Source: Escherichia phage A4 | DNA length: 64,000 nucleotides | Sequence record: ON286972 | Direction: 5' to 3' (one strand) | Shown here: piece after piece, positions 24,212 through 33,981 of the stretch | Layout: each line of letters starts with the position of its first letter | How positions within the stretch are numbered: position 1 is the stretch's first letter | Notes under the pieces: model-generated | Database searches by the model: none | What the model saw: the letters and a program-made list of their open reading frames with translations, nothing else | Told to the model about the DNA's origin: nothing | Translations under genes and position numbers: made by a program

Positions 24212-24395
24212 AATTTACAAAACAATTCAGGAATTAAACGTAAAGCATGATATAATGCTAGATGTAGACAATAAGATTGCTTACATGAAAAAAGAAACTG
24301 TTTCAATGCTTCAGAGATTTTCACAAAAAGCATTTTTAATGAAGTTCTGTGCAGATGAGCATCTCACGGGACGAAAACTCTATAACGAGGCATAA
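24183..24395 (+). CDS. hypothetical protein (70 aa)
   Basis: ORF track; overlaps upstream gene by 29 nt. Confidence 0.35.
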   Translation: MVAMKERNFEIYKTIQELNVKHDIMLDVDNKIAYMKKETVSMLQRFSQKAFLMKFCADEHLTGRKLYNEA

Positions 24396-24396
24396 T

Positions 24397-24738
24397 ATGG
24401 ATTTAAGCTCAACAATTAATTTTTTGAGTGATAATTACGAAAAGGTCATATCAAGGGGTGGTATTATTATCCACCCTGTAACAAATGAAATGTTCATGGT
24501 TCGCTTTGATGCAAATTCATATGACCAAGTACTTGTAATATCACAATTTATCGATTATAATGAAGTTGTTCAATTTTGCTGTACTGAATTCGGAATCTAT
24601 CTTAAAGATGCGGAAACTAATGAGATTGGTCATTACTTATATCAAACTCTGATGGTTACTCTAGATTTTGGACTTACTTTCGAAAATCTGGTACAATGTC
24701 ACTATATGTTTAAAAACTTTCCCGCGTCTGGGAATTAA
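24397..24738 (+). CDS. hypothetical protein (113 aa)
   Basis: Track ORF 24349..24738 trimmed to ATG 24397 after GAGG RBS. Confidence 0.45.
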   Translation: MDLSSTINFLSDNYEKVISRGGIIIHPVTNEMFMVRFDANSYDQVLVISQFIDYNEVVQFCCTEFGIYLKDAETNEIGHYLYQTLMVTLDFGLTFENLVQCHYMFKNFPASGN

Positions 24739-24748
24739 TGGAGTTCAA

Positions 24749-25591
24749 ATGTCAAACATTATCGTATTCAAAACTGTATCATTCAATAAAGATCTTTATT
24801 CTCATTCTTATGTGTCTTCCAATAATCTCATCATTGAGTTGACAAATGGGGCAACGTTGGCGGTAGAATTCGATTCTAGTATTGAATCTAACGCTGCACT
24901 AAAAGAACTAGCAATGGTATTAAATGGTGAACCAGTAAACAAATCCAAACCAACTGATGGGTTGGATATGTTGGTCAATAAGATCCTAAATGGCAAATCT
25001 TCTGAAATTGTTGAACTTCTTAAAAATTGTACTGATAAAATCACTGAAACTGTTAGTACTGCAAAATCTAAGGCTGAAGATAAGCTTTATGAAGAAGCAT
25101 TTAAAGTCGTGGGGGCCGCAGCAGAATCTAAGTTAAATGGTATGATTAATAATCTTGACCAAGTGCTGTCTCATATGTTCACAAAAGAATATGAAACTGA
25201 AGAACCTGAATCCCAAGAACAACCTTCCAAAAAAGAAGATGTAAAATCTAAAGTGAAATCCGCATTTACTGGTGCTAAAAAGAAATTTGGTCTATCTGAA
25301 GATATCTTTGGATATTCTGATACCACAGCACAAACCGATGATGATTCACAGTCAGATGATATTCTGATTGGTGATATGCTTGATCGCCAGTTGCGTGCTG
25401 AAATTTCAGCATTCGTTGACAGTGTTGTTAGTTCTGAACGTGCACAAGATATGTTCGAAAGTATCAGTAAGAATTTTGGTGAAGAAGAATCGAAAGCTGC
25501 TATTGATGGATTTAAAAATCTAATTTATTCCGTTGCAGTGCAGCACCAAGATAAAACATTAGAATATGTGATTCGCAATTACTTTATGTAA
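24749..25591 (+). CDS. hypothetical acidic protein (280 aa)
   Basis: Track ORF 24668..25591 trimmed to ATG 24749 after GGAG RBS. Confidence 0.5.
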   Translation: MSNIIVFKTVSFNKDLYSHSYVSSNNLIIELTNGATLAVEFDSSIESNAALKELAMVLNGEPVNKSKPTDGLDMLVNKILNGKSSEIVELLKNCTDKITETVSTAKSKAEDKLYEEAFKVVGAAAESKLNGMINNLDQVLSHMFTKEYETEEPESQEQPSKKEDVKSKVKSAFTGAKKKFGLSEDIFGYSDTTAQTDDDSQSDDILIGDMLDRQLRAEISAFVDSVVSSERAQDMFESISKNFGEEESKAAIDGFKNLIYSVAVQHQDKTLEYVIRNYFM

Positions 25592-25602
25592 TGAGAACGA
25601 AA

Positions 25603-25628
25603 AAGCCTCCATATGGAGGCTTTTTTTA
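25603..25628. terminator. bidirectional intrinsic terminator between convergent genes
   Basis: Palindrome AAGCCTCCATATGGAGGCTT flanked by A-run and T-run. Confidence 0.6.
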
Positions 25629-26783
25629 TTGTTTGTCATAACCAATCACTACAATCTTAGCATCAAATGCTTCGACAGAAGTAATTGTAACATTCTCATC
25701 ATCATCAAGCTGAATTTCACATTGAACTGCATCATTGTTAATATCATATACTTGAACAAAAACAAATTCTTTCAAGTGTCCAGTACTGGATATATTAATT
25801 TCATACATTTCACCATTGCGTGTCCATTCAGAAGAAGAGACATTTTGTACATATGGAGATGTTTGTAATGTACTACCCAATATACTTAGTTTTATAGGTG
25901 TATTATCATATATTGTTACTGTAATATCACCAGTGGAGCTAACATTAATGCCAGCAGATACCAAATTATTATGATTATCATATACCTGAATAGCTAAGTT
26001 ATTACCACGCCCATGTACATCACCAGGGATTCTTGCACTATACACATCACCAGGCCCAGTACTGAATGTAGTTACTGATACAGTAGTGGTAAAGCCGTCA
26101 TCATCACCAACATCTAATATATTAAAATTAACGCTTTTTGTATTATAAAAATCAGACGTAAGAGTTATAGTTGCAGTTCCGGTTGACATAATTTCCGGTA
26201 CTGTTATAATGAATTCATCATTGACTATTGTACTCGTTGAATACTCGGACCCATCTGAAAATTTTACAGTAATTGTCATTCCTGTTGTGTTGATGGTTTG
26301 TCCAGCATTGAACAGTTTACCCGATATTTCAGTATCCCCAACATGAACCGGATTAACTAAAATATTATCTATATCACGATCAATAATTGAACAAGTTGGT
26401 GTGTACATATCAAAAGTAACATCGGAGTTTCCAAATATCGTTTTGTGTAATTGGAATTTAGTTACAAACCCTGTTGGATCTGTAGGTTTCAATTGATTAG
26501 TGTATCCACGAACAAAGAAAGTATTCTTTGCAATAACATCCAATAATTCATCATCGGATTTTTTATAGTTAAGTAAATTTCCTACCTTATCATAAGAAGT
26601 AATTTGTACGCGTCTATATATTTTGTTTGTTACAGGATCTATAATATCAAATAGTTTATAACTACGCTGTCTGTAAATTCTTATATTTTTTAATTTGGTT
26701 CCATCGATTAGTAAAGCACCATCCACGATATAACCACATTCACCGAACTTGTATTCTCCGGCATCAGCTATGGTTCTAGACAT
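25626..26783 (-). CDS. hypothetical beta-rich protein (385 aa), possibly Ig-like or virion-associated
   Basis: ORF track; only long minus-strand gene in the central region; Thr/Ser/Val-rich repeated beta-strand-like segments; GAGGGG RBS. Confidence 0.55.
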   Translation of the reverse strand: MSRTIADAGEYKFGECGYIVDGALLIDGTKLKNIRIYRQRSYKLFDIIDPVTNKIYRRVQITSYDKVGNLLNYKKSDDELLDVIAKNTFFVRGYTNQLKPTDPTGFVTKFQLHKTIFGNSDVTFDMYTPTCSIIDRDIDNILVNPVHVGDTEISGKLFNAGQTINTTGMTITVKFSDGSEYSTSTIVNDEFIITVPEIMSTGTATITLTSDFYNTKSVNFNILDVGDDDGFTTTVSVTTFSTGPGDVYSARIPGDVHGRGNNLAIQVYDNHNNLVSAGINVSSTGDITVTIYDNTPIKLSILGSTLQTSPYVQNVSSSEWTRNGEMYEINISSTGHLKEFVFVQVYDINNDAVQCEIQLDDDENVTITSVEAFDAKIVVIGYDKQ

Positions 26784-26848
26784 AAAACAAACCCCTCATT
26801 GTTGAAATGCTTATAAAATATTTATGATAAGGAGGGTGAAAATCGGCC

Positions 26849-26876
26849 TTGACAGACCTGTATTTTTGAGTATAAT
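26849..26876 (+). promoter_or_regulatory. sigma70-type promoter
   Basis: TTGACA-N16-TATAAT. Confidence 0.55.
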
Positions 26877-26904
26877 GTACATTAATAGTGAAAAGGAGTA
26901 TTTT

Positions 26905-27489
26905 ATGAATGTATTAGAAAATCGTTTAATTGTTAAAAATGGCAAGATGACTGTGAAACTATACTCTGATGAAGCAGATTCTTTCATGGCTAAAGCAATC
27001 GAAAAGTCTGAGCGATATCAAGTTCTTGCACCTGAAAACAAATCACCTTATGGGTTTAATCACGCTCATAGTCATTTTGTTGGAATGGTTTGTGAACACG
27101 CATCGTTTGTATTGTTCTCTGAAATTGAAGCCAGTACTGGTATTAAGTTAAACATTGATCCAGCATTCCAATGTGATGGACGTGATGGTGAATGTGACAT
27201 TAAAGTAAATGGGTTGCGTATAGAAGTAAAAGGTATTAAGTATAAATCATGGAAAGACTTTGGTCCATGTGTCAGTACTCGACAATTGAAAAACATTCAG
27301 AAAAAAGCTGATGTTATTCTGTGGGTCTTGTATAATGAGAAAAAACAAGAATTTACGTTTGAGGGATTCAATTACGTAAAAGACATTAGTTCGATTCCAG
27401 TAGTATTAACAGGTGTACCAGGTCGTCCATTAATTGAGAATCACCCAGTTATTAGTATTCTTAAGCCACTACAGGAGCTACCACTATGA
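26905..27489 (+). CDS. hypothetical protein, possible PD-(D/E)xK nuclease fold
   Basis: Track ORF 26824..27489 trimmed to ATG 26905 after AAGGAG; DGRDGECDIKV...IEVKG resembles a D...(D/E)xK core. Confidence 0.5.
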   Translation: MNVLENRLIVKNGKMTVKLYSDEADSFMAKAIEKSERYQVLAPENKSPYGFNHAHSHFVGMVCEHASFVLFSEIEASTGIKLNIDPAFQCDGRDGECDIKVNGLRIEVKGIKYKSWKDFGPCVSTRQLKNIQKKADVILWVLYNEKKQEFTFEGFNYVKDISSIPVVLTGVPGRPLIENHPVISILKPLQELPL

Positions 27490-27725
27490 TTAAATGTAAT
27501 ATTGAAGTAAATGAATACACTACTAATCAATATAACGGTGAGAAAGAGTTTTCATTTAGTACAGTACAACATGTATTGAATTTCCCAGTACTTCCATCTA
27601 TTGGTTCAGTACTGACAATCACAAATACGTATGATACCCAGTACGAGATCCTTGATATTGAGTACAGAGCAAATCTTAGTTCCAGTGCAGATGTTGAAAT
27701 CTATATCATCGTAGAAGAGGTATAA
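27486..27725 (+). CDS. hypothetical protein (79 aa)
   Basis: ORF track; ATGA overlap. Confidence 0.45.
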   Translation: MIKCNIEVNEYTTNQYNGEKEFSFSTVQHVLNFPVLPSIGSVLTITNTYDTQYEILDIEYRANLSSSADVEIYIIVEEV

Positions 27726-28051
27726 TGATGTTCAAGAACTTCATTGCTATAGTAGCAGTACTATTCTTAACTACGTGCTTCATCAATCCAGTTTATGCTG
27801 ATAAAGTGCGATGGAAGGATGTTAAATCACCATCCTATTGTGCTGGTTATGCTAAGGTAAAGGATGAACAACACAATAAGCAGTACTATAAGGATATGTT
27901 TTCATTTTACAATTCTATGATTTCAGAAACTGACTTGATGGCAAAGAGAGTTGATCGTGAAGATTTCCTTCAAGGCTATGACATGAATGATGATGAAAAA
28001 ACATTAGAATGCGTAGAAGTTTTTAATTACATACGAGGGTTTGATGAATGA
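27725..28051 (+). CDS. secreted hypothetical protein (signal peptide)
   Basis: ORF track; N-terminus MMFKNFIAIVAVLFLTTCFINPVYA. Confidence 0.5.
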   Translation: MMFKNFIAIVAVLFLTTCFINPVYADKVRWKDVKSPSYCAGYAKVKDEQHNKQYYKDMFSFYNSMISETDLMAKRVDREDFLQGYDMNDDEKTLECVEVFNYIRGFDE

Positions 28052-28512
28052 CAGCACTGATATGTATTAGTCTATTTGTTATTGTATATCAATTGATTTT
28101 TTCTATCATTGATGATGTTGAACATATTGCATATAGTAAATCTATATCTAAGTTTGAGGGCAATCTTGCTTTTTTTAAATCATTATTTTGGACATATTTG
28201 TTACCAAAAGAATTTTTAGTTGTGTCTTCATATTATTCATCATATAATCTAAACTATAGTATTAGTGATTTAGCAAACATTGAACTGGTTTGTCGAAATG
28301 CTATCAACAATGTTAATGGATACAAAGTTGTGATGAAAAATCCAGGGGTGATCCATTTTATAGAACCAGGTAACAGCAGTTCTGAACTAAAACTTAGTGA
28401 TATGTATCTTTCATATAACTCAATGGAAAGATTCGTTTTACCACCGTACTATATTCGTTTGATCCTAAAAGCACTACAAAATAAAACTACAGATGTTCTT
28501 GACAGGCTATAG
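28048..28512 (+). CDS. membrane-anchored hypothetical protein
   Basis: ORF track; N-terminal TM helix. Confidence 0.5.
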   Translation: MTALICISLFVIVYQLIFSIIDDVEHIAYSKSISKFEGNLAFFKSLFWTYLLPKEFLVVSSYYSSYNLNYSISDLANIELVCRNAINNVNGYKVVMKNPGVIHFIEPGNSSSELKLSDMYLSYNSMERFVLPPYYIRLILKALQNKTTDVLDRL

Positions 28513-28576
28513 GTGAAGTGATAAGATAGTACCAATGAAACACAACACTAATTTATAATCTAATGAGGAACCAACC

Positions 28577-29035
28577 ATGACAGTATTAGCTACCCAATTT
28601 AAACGAAATACAGAGCAACGTGAAGGTTACTTGAGTATCAGTGAAGTGGTTGAAGGAAACTTCAAACAGTACATTTTCAATGCTTCTATTAAATTAAAAG
28701 CGACAAAATCTGATAAAGATCGTGGCTTTACTAAGTGGGTGGCTTACTGGGAAGATTCACCTGTTGCAATTGAAATGACAGTAATGACAACAGTACTGGA
28801 AACTGGATACATTAAAGCGACCATTGTAGATAAACAAGTACGAACCATTGATGAGATTGGTCCTTACCCAGCACGAAATTCTAAAGTATTTGGTAACTTG
28901 ATTGATGGTAAGTTTATGTTGGATAAAGATGCACAAGTTTATGTGATGGATAAGGTAGAAAAAGCGGCAGCTAAAAAAGAAGTTGTAAATCAAAGTCAAA
29001 TTGACTTAATCAAACAAGCATGGGGTTTAAAATGA
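28577..29035 (+). CDS. hypothetical protein (152 aa)
   Basis: ORF track; GAGGAA RBS. Confidence 0.5.
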   Translation: MTVLATQFKRNTEQREGYLSISEVVEGNFKQYIFNASIKLKATKSDKDRGFTKWVAYWEDSPVAIEMTVMTTVLETGYIKATIVDKQVRTIDEIGPYPARNSKVFGNLIDGKFMLDKDAQVYVMDKVEKAAAKKEVVNQSQIDLIKQAWGLK

Positions 29036-29475
29036 TTTCTATCAAATCCGTAAAATACATTTATCTTCTTGGTATTTTGTCTTGGTTTGCATTACCAGTA
29101 CTGGACTTCTTTCAAGTCACAGATGATAACAAGTACCAAACAGTAGTTTCAGTGTTTTCACTTTTATTTTTTCTTGGTGTCTTTTTTTCTAGTGCTTTTA
29201 TGATCTTTAGTGATGAAGACGATGCAAGACGTTTCTATGCAGTAGTTTTTGAATTTAAACACTATGGGTGGTATCTAACACTCCCGTTCATTCCATGTAT
29301 CATTTATGCTTTCAACTATGAATACTATTCATATATGGGCATGGCAATGATTTTGTTTATTATCCTTGAACGTATGCGAACGGTTCAAAACAAGTTTGCA
29401 CAGGAGTACGAAGACATGCAAACTGCGGAAGAGATACGTAGGAAGTCAATTCCAACAACAAAGGTAGATTTATAA
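29020..29475 (+). CDS. integral membrane protein (start may be ATG 29032)
   Basis: ORF track; several hydrophobic helices. Confidence 0.5.
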   Translation: MGFKMISIKSVKYIYLLGILSWFALPVLDFFQVTDDNKYQTVVSVFSLLFFLGVFFSSAFMIFSDEDDARRFYAVVFEFKHYGWYLTLPFIPCIIYAFNYEYYSYMGMAMILFIILERMRTVQNKFAQEYEDMQTAEEIRRKSIPTTKVDL

Positions 29476-29900
29476 TGAGAACATACTATAAACTATTACT
29501 CGCTCCCTTTTCATTTGGTATTTTATGTCTAATCGACGTATTATGCACAAAGTATTCGATTAGTACAGTACTTAATCCAGCTTGGTTTACTATTGCTATT
29601 GTTGGATACTGCCTGTGTGCGGGTATGGCTGCTCTTATTACGTTACTAACAATTGCAATGGATAATGACGAGAAAGATAAAAACAGCTTTGCGAATGACT
29701 TTGGGTGGAAAACGATCAGTTCAGTAACTATTGTACCATTTGCATTACTGACAGTTTATTTCATTCAAATGGGTGAGATCATTCCTGGTGTTGCATCATC
29801 AATACTTTTGTTAATGACAATAGTTGTTCGTTCACGACAAAATTCAATAATCCAAGAGTTTCTTGAACGAGAGGCAAGGGAAGGAACAAAAACATCTTGA
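29475..29900 (+). CDS. integral membrane protein
   Basis: ORF track; several hydrophobic helices. Confidence 0.5.
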   Translation: MRTYYKLLLAPFSFGILCLIDVLCTKYSISTVLNPAWFTIAIVGYCLCAGMAALITLLTIAMDNDEKDKNSFANDFGWKTISSVTIVPFALLTVYFIQMGEIIPGVASSILLLMTIVVRSRQNSIIQEFLEREAREGTKTS

Positions 29901-29926
29901 CATAAAATGTGTTAAGGGATATAATT
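29898..29926 (+). promoter_or_regulatory. sigma70-type promoter
   Basis: TTGACA-N17-TATAAT; -35 overlaps the TGA stop of the upstream gene. Confidence 0.55.
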
Positions 29927-29954
29927 ATTTTATCAAAACAAAGGAGGGACACAT

Positions 29955-30206
29955 ATGAATCTCGAGGTGGTGAAATCATTAACTGAAGCTTTACAGAAAA
30001 ATGAAGTCCAATGTCAAGAACTACGTGACACTATTAAGGTTGAATACGCACGACTCCAAGGTATGCTTCAAGAATCAGAATGGGTAGTTACTAAAAGCAT
30101 CGAAGGTATCTACAAAGATATCGAATCAATGTTCAATAAGAAAAGTAAGATTGAATCAGATTCTTTTAACAAACGTAAAGAACTAAATGCAGTTTTAGGT
30201 ATCTAA
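29955..30206 (+). CDS. hypothetical protein (83 aa)
   Basis: ORF track; AAGGAGG RBS. Confidence 0.5.
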   Translation: MNLEVVKSLTEALQKNEVQCQELRDTIKVEYARLQGMLQESEWVVTKSIEGIYKDIESMFNKKSKIESDSFNKRKELNAVLGI

Positions 30207-30210
30207 GTAC

Positions 30211-30239
30211 TTGACAGTACTGAAATATAGGAGTACAAT
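30211..30239 (+). promoter_or_regulatory. sigma70-type promoter
   Basis: TTGACA-N17-TACAAT. Confidence 0.5.
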
Positions 30240-30279
30240 GTACTCCTACTTTAATTGAAAACCAAAAAGGAAAAACACA

Positions 30280-30555
30280 ATGAACTCTATTCTAGTAGCA
30301 GTAAACCTGGTTGCTTCTCCGTCTTTTGATTTTAAAAAAGTTATTTCTAATAATCTTAAAAACATTTGCCCTGATACTGAACTTACTTTTTGTGTATTCG
30401 ATTCTGAAAAAGTTACTAAAGTAGATCTTAATTATCTCATGAACGATGTTAAGAGTGTTCAAGGTAAAACTAATTTAGATGTAGTACGTTCTGTTGCTGA
30501 CGACTACGATGATGCTCTGATCATTTCTGAATCTTTTGAAGAGGGTGTACTGTGA
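30280..30555 (+). CDS. hypothetical protein (91 aa)
   Basis: ORF track; AAAGGAAA RBS-like. Confidence 0.5.
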   Translation: MNSILVAVNLVASPSFDFKKVISNNLKNICPDTELTFCVFDSEKVTKVDLNYLMNDVKSVQGKTNLDVVRSVADDYDDALIISESFEEGVL

Positions 30556-31019
30556 ATAAATTAGTTCAATGGGTAGAAAAAACTAAGGTCTATCCACCGT
30601 CTGAATTGTTTTTCCAAGCAGACTCTAAGCAAGCCAAGGCAGAAAAACGCGTTGTAGCCATTTGTGAAGACCTTTATAAACTTGAAGTACATACTCTTAG
30701 TGATATGCATACTGCGTTCACAGTGCTTGCCAACGCAGCTAAACGCGATATTCATAACATGAAGATGAAGTACATTGAAGAACTATGCGGTGTGCTTGCA
30801 TTCCATGTTGAATATTCGGTTAATGCATTAGATGCTATGCATAAGAAAGATCCCATCCTCCAAGCTTATTACAAAGGATGGTCAGTAAAAGCTAAAGAGC
30901 TAAAGGATGAAATCAAAGCATTACTTATTGAATCATTCCCTGATATTGATAAGGCAATGTTACTTTCGGAGATGCAGTACTATTATGATTCTGAAAAAGA
31001 TAAGGTACTTTCTAAGTAA
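30552..31019 (+). CDS. hypothetical protein (155 aa)
   Basis: ORF track; GTG start, ATGA-type overlap. Confidence 0.5.
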   Translation: MNKLVQWVEKTKVYPPSELFFQADSKQAKAEKRVVAICEDLYKLEVHTLSDMHTAFTVLANAAKRDIHNMKMKYIEELCGVLAFHVEYSVNALDAMHKKDPILQAYYKGWSVKAKELKDEIKALLIESFPDIDKAMLLSEMQYYYDSEKDKVLSK

Positions 31020-31416
31020 ACTAATTCTAAGTAAGCCCAAAGTACAAATACAAGCTCAAGAGGCTTTTGATATATACGAGGCATTGAATAATTGTAATTA
31101 TGATTTACTCAATAAGCATTGTAGATCCAAAGTAGCTGTTGATTTGATATGTGAACAAATGGCAGTTAGTAACTTTTCAAAAAATTACAACATTCACTAT
31201 TTTGGATTTGATGGTTCACCTACAAAATTTGATTATAATTATGCTTATGCAGAATTGGTTAAGAGTAAGGAAAACATCAAAATAACTGAATTCATTGCCT
31301 TGTATTTTTTCACAAAACTTGGTATAGTAACTGGATGTAAAGATCCCTTCCCATTTGATAAGGTATTGAAAGGAAGAGAACTTGATATATATTCCGCATT
31401 CTTAGATAAGGTGTAG
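30985..31416 (+). CDS. hypothetical protein (start uncertain)
   Basis: Track ORF 30907..31416; first plausible in-frame ATG 30985 still overlaps upstream gene by 35 nt. Confidence 0.35.
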   Translation: MILKKIRYFLSKLILSKPKVQIQAQEAFDIYEALNNCNYDLLNKHCRSKVAVDLICEQMAVSNFSKNYNIHYFGFDGSPTKFDYNYAYAELVKSKENIKITEFIALYFFTKLGIVTGCKDPFPFDKVLKGRELDIYSAFLDKV

Positions 31417-31417
31417 A

Positions 31418-31915
31418 ATGACTACAGTATATGTTGACAAGCGTGTTGGATTATTGCTCACTGATTCACGAGTAACAACCACTACTGAGAGGTACTTTCT
31501 CGGATTATTCCCGTTAAAACCAAAAAAACAATATGGTGTAGTTACTCAAAAATCATTATACATTCATGATCGTCTGTTTAGTGCCGCAGGTTCAGTGAAT
31601 GAAATCAATAAAGTCTTGATGTATTTGATATATGGTGATATAGTACTGCCCAGTAGAAAAGAGAACTGCCATTGTGTCTTGTTGTCCAAAGATTATTGTA
31701 TTCACTTAGGAACAAAGAACGGGAAGTTTTTTAAGTACCTTGAGTTCATGCATGAGGAATATGTGTTCTTCATGGGGAGTGGTGGAGAGTACATGGTTGA
31801 TGCTGCTGTGCATGAGAACCAAGACACACTACTTCAAAAAATATTCAGTACTTTCAAAGAGGTAAAAAACCACGATGAATATACTGACGACAATATTAAT
31901 GTATACCAATTTTGA
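31418..31915 (+). CDS. hypothetical protein (165 aa)
   Basis: ORF track. Confidence 0.5.
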   Translation: MTTVYVDKRVGLLLTDSRVTTTTERYFLGLFPLKPKKQYGVVTQKSLYIHDRLFSAAGSVNEINKVLMYLIYGDIVLPSRKENCHCVLLSKDYCIHLGTKNGKFFKYLEFMHEEYVFFMGSGGEYMVDAAVHENQDTLLQKIFSTFKEVKNHDEYTDDNINVYQF

Positions 31916-31936
31916 TTTTTTCATTAGGAGAAGTAA

Positions 31937-32899
31937 GTGAAGAAACTAGACTTAAACGCAATTTCCGAAGAAGTACTGGATGAATGTTTTGCGAATGAAG
32001 AAGTCAATCCATTGGAAGCAATTGAACCATCAGAAGTTATTGAAGATGATATTCCACATAAAGTTCGTAGTAAAAGTAACATTAGTCTCAAGCGTCCAGT
32101 AGGTGTGACTAATGAATCCATCATCGAAGAGATTCGTGCTGGAATTAATGTAAAAAAGAACACTGACCTATTACTTCGTTATAACTATGGTATGATCGTT
32201 GATGTTGCTTCAAAGTGTACATGTTATATTCCGTTTGAAGATAAAATTGCATATGGTGTAGAAGGTTTTATGCGAGCACTTAAAACCTTTGATCTTAGTA
32301 AGAATGTCAAATTCATTACATATGCAACAACGTCCGTTTATATGACTATGTATAATGAAAGTTCAGATGCAAATTACATGGTGTACTTACCACGTTATAT
32401 GAGCGTTCATAACATCCAAGTACGTCGATTTAATGAATCATATCAACGTGAACACGGTAAGCGACCTACACCAGAATTAATCTCTGAGAGTACTGGTATC
32501 GAGCTTCAGCACGTTAAGAACTGTTTGTTATACCAGAATGCATATACGACTCTTGATGCACAACTGGGTTCAGATTCAGACGGAACCCTTGGGGATATTC
32601 TGAGTTCATCTGCTCGTGATTATAACCTTAATGTTGATAGCATTTGTAATCCATTACGTTATGCAATCACAGAAATCATTGACGAATTGAGTACTAAAGA
32701 ACGAGAAATTATCATGCGTGTTCATGGTCTTGGGGATTACAAAGCAGAAACCCTTCGTGAAATTTCTGATAATGGATATGTTGATGATAAAGGAAACATT
32801 GTTAAGTCCCGTTCATCTGTGCACCGAAAATATAGTGAAGCTATTCAAAAGCTTAAAAAAATAGTACTTGAAAAAGGGTACGAATACGAAGATTTCTAA
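31937..32899 (+). CDS. phage-encoded sigma70-family RNA polymerase sigma factor
   Basis: GTG start after AGGAG; region-2-like LLLRYNYGMIVDVA...FMRALKTFD...KFITYATTSVYM and region-4-like LSTKEREIIMRVHGL...TLREIS...SRSSVHRKYSEAIQKLKK. Confidence 0.75.
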   Translation: MKKLDLNAISEEVLDECFANEEVNPLEAIEPSEVIEDDIPHKVRSKSNISLKRPVGVTNESIIEEIRAGINVKKNTDLLLRYNYGMIVDVASKCTCYIPFEDKIAYGVEGFMRALKTFDLSKNVKFITYATTSVYMTMYNESSDANYMVYLPRYMSVHNIQVRRFNESYQREHGKRPTPELISESTGIELQHVKNCLLYQNAYTTLDAQLGSDSDGTLGDILSSSARDYNLNVDSICNPLRYAITEIIDELSTKEREIIMRVHGLGDYKAETLREISDNGYVDDKGNIVKSRSSVHRKYSEAIQKLKKIVLEKGYEYEDF

Positions 32900-32906
32900 A
32901 GAAAAA

Positions 32907-32934
32907 GGGTTGACTTAGGTCAGCCCTTTTTTTA
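32907..32934 (+). terminator. intrinsic terminator (GGGTTGAC-TTAG-GTCAGCCC hairpin)
   Basis: Same hairpin family as the downstream terminator/promoter cassettes, followed by TTTTTTT, no good -10. Confidence 0.6.
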
Positions 32935-33457
32935 TGGGACAAAATGGATGTTCATGATACAATGATATTGTACAATTCTGTTGGCATGGATGACATGAAC
33001 CTGATCCACTCGAAAATGTAGAGGGCAGTTGAGCAGTCCAGCAGTGCGAAGTGCAGAAGAAACCCGTCAGATGTGGGCATATTATGAACCCCTCACGGCA
33101 ATGCGGCACTATAAAGAACCACGTTAGGATGGCTGGTGGTTCCTCGATAGACATATAAGGATAACACCTTACGAATTATCTAAGGGAGAGTTATCAAATT
33201 TTGTACAGGAAAGTTGCGTCCAAAATTTGAGTACTCACATTAAGTATTTGATTGCATAGATACTTAATGAAGATACACTATGTTTAAAAGTGTAGACCGT
33301 CATATGAAACTGAAGTAGAGAGAAACAGGATGACCCGCTTTCGTACTCATTAAGAGTAATCTTCAATGCAATAGCTCTGATACCATCAGCGTCAAATTCC
33401 CCTCCCAGCGGGGGGAAGAAAAATCCCTTCCTCAAATCCCGTCAATATTAAAAGTCC

Positions 33458-33486
33458 TTGACAGTTATTAATCATTCGCGTAGAAT
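33458..33486 (+). promoter_or_regulatory. sigma70-type promoter
   Basis: TTGACA-N17-TAGAAT. Confidence 0.5.
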
Positions 33487-33550
33487 ACGTAGTATTAGAA
33501 GCGAACAGACATCTCGAAGAGATGGATGACTAACTATTAAGGAACATTCA

Positions 33551-33760
33551 ATGAATACTACAATCTTTTTAATTGTTGCTCTTTCAATGCAATCCGGTGT
33601 ACAAATTACCCCTATGAATTCATTAAACCAATGTTTTTCTGTACGTGATAGTACATACGAACAAGTAAACAAAAATTCTTGGATGACAGTTAGTGAAGAA
33701 CAAATGTGGTGTTACAAAAGTGATATTAAAGCGAAATTTATTGTAGGACAAACTCAATGA
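33551..33760 (+). CDS. small secreted or membrane protein (69 aa)
   Basis: ORF track; hydrophobic N-terminus; AAGGAA RBS. Confidence 0.45.
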   Translation: MNTTIFLIVALSMQSGVQITPMNSLNQCFSVRDSTYEQVNKNSWMTVSEEQMWCYKSDIKAKFIVGQTQ

Positions 33761-33951
33761 TTTATCGAGTGAGGTTTGAAGTTTGTAAAATTGTTTTCAA
33801 TAGCAAAGGTGAAGCCTCACTAGATGAAACTATGCACATATATAATCTCCAATTTAGGGCAAAAACAGAAGCTGATGCATTAGTAAACATGTTTAATTTC
33901 AACCATAGGTGCGGGTATCATTTAGTAAGAGTTATAGAGGTTAAAAAGTAA
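33757..33951 (+). CDS. hypothetical protein (64 aa)
   Basis: ORF track; ATGA overlap. Confidence 0.45.
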   Translation: MIYRVRFEVCKIVFNSKGEASLDETMHIYNLQFRAKTEADALVNMFNFNHRCGYHLVRVIEVKK

Positions 33952-33981
33952 TCACCGAATGCAGTGAAGAGGAAATCTAAA

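Noticed and set aside
32915-33435. Two minus-strand ORFs (79 and 66 aa) inside the GC-richer non-coding island
   Set aside because: No RBS, odd composition (Cys/Phe/His-rich), not tiled with neighbours; region treated as non-coding RNA candidate instead.
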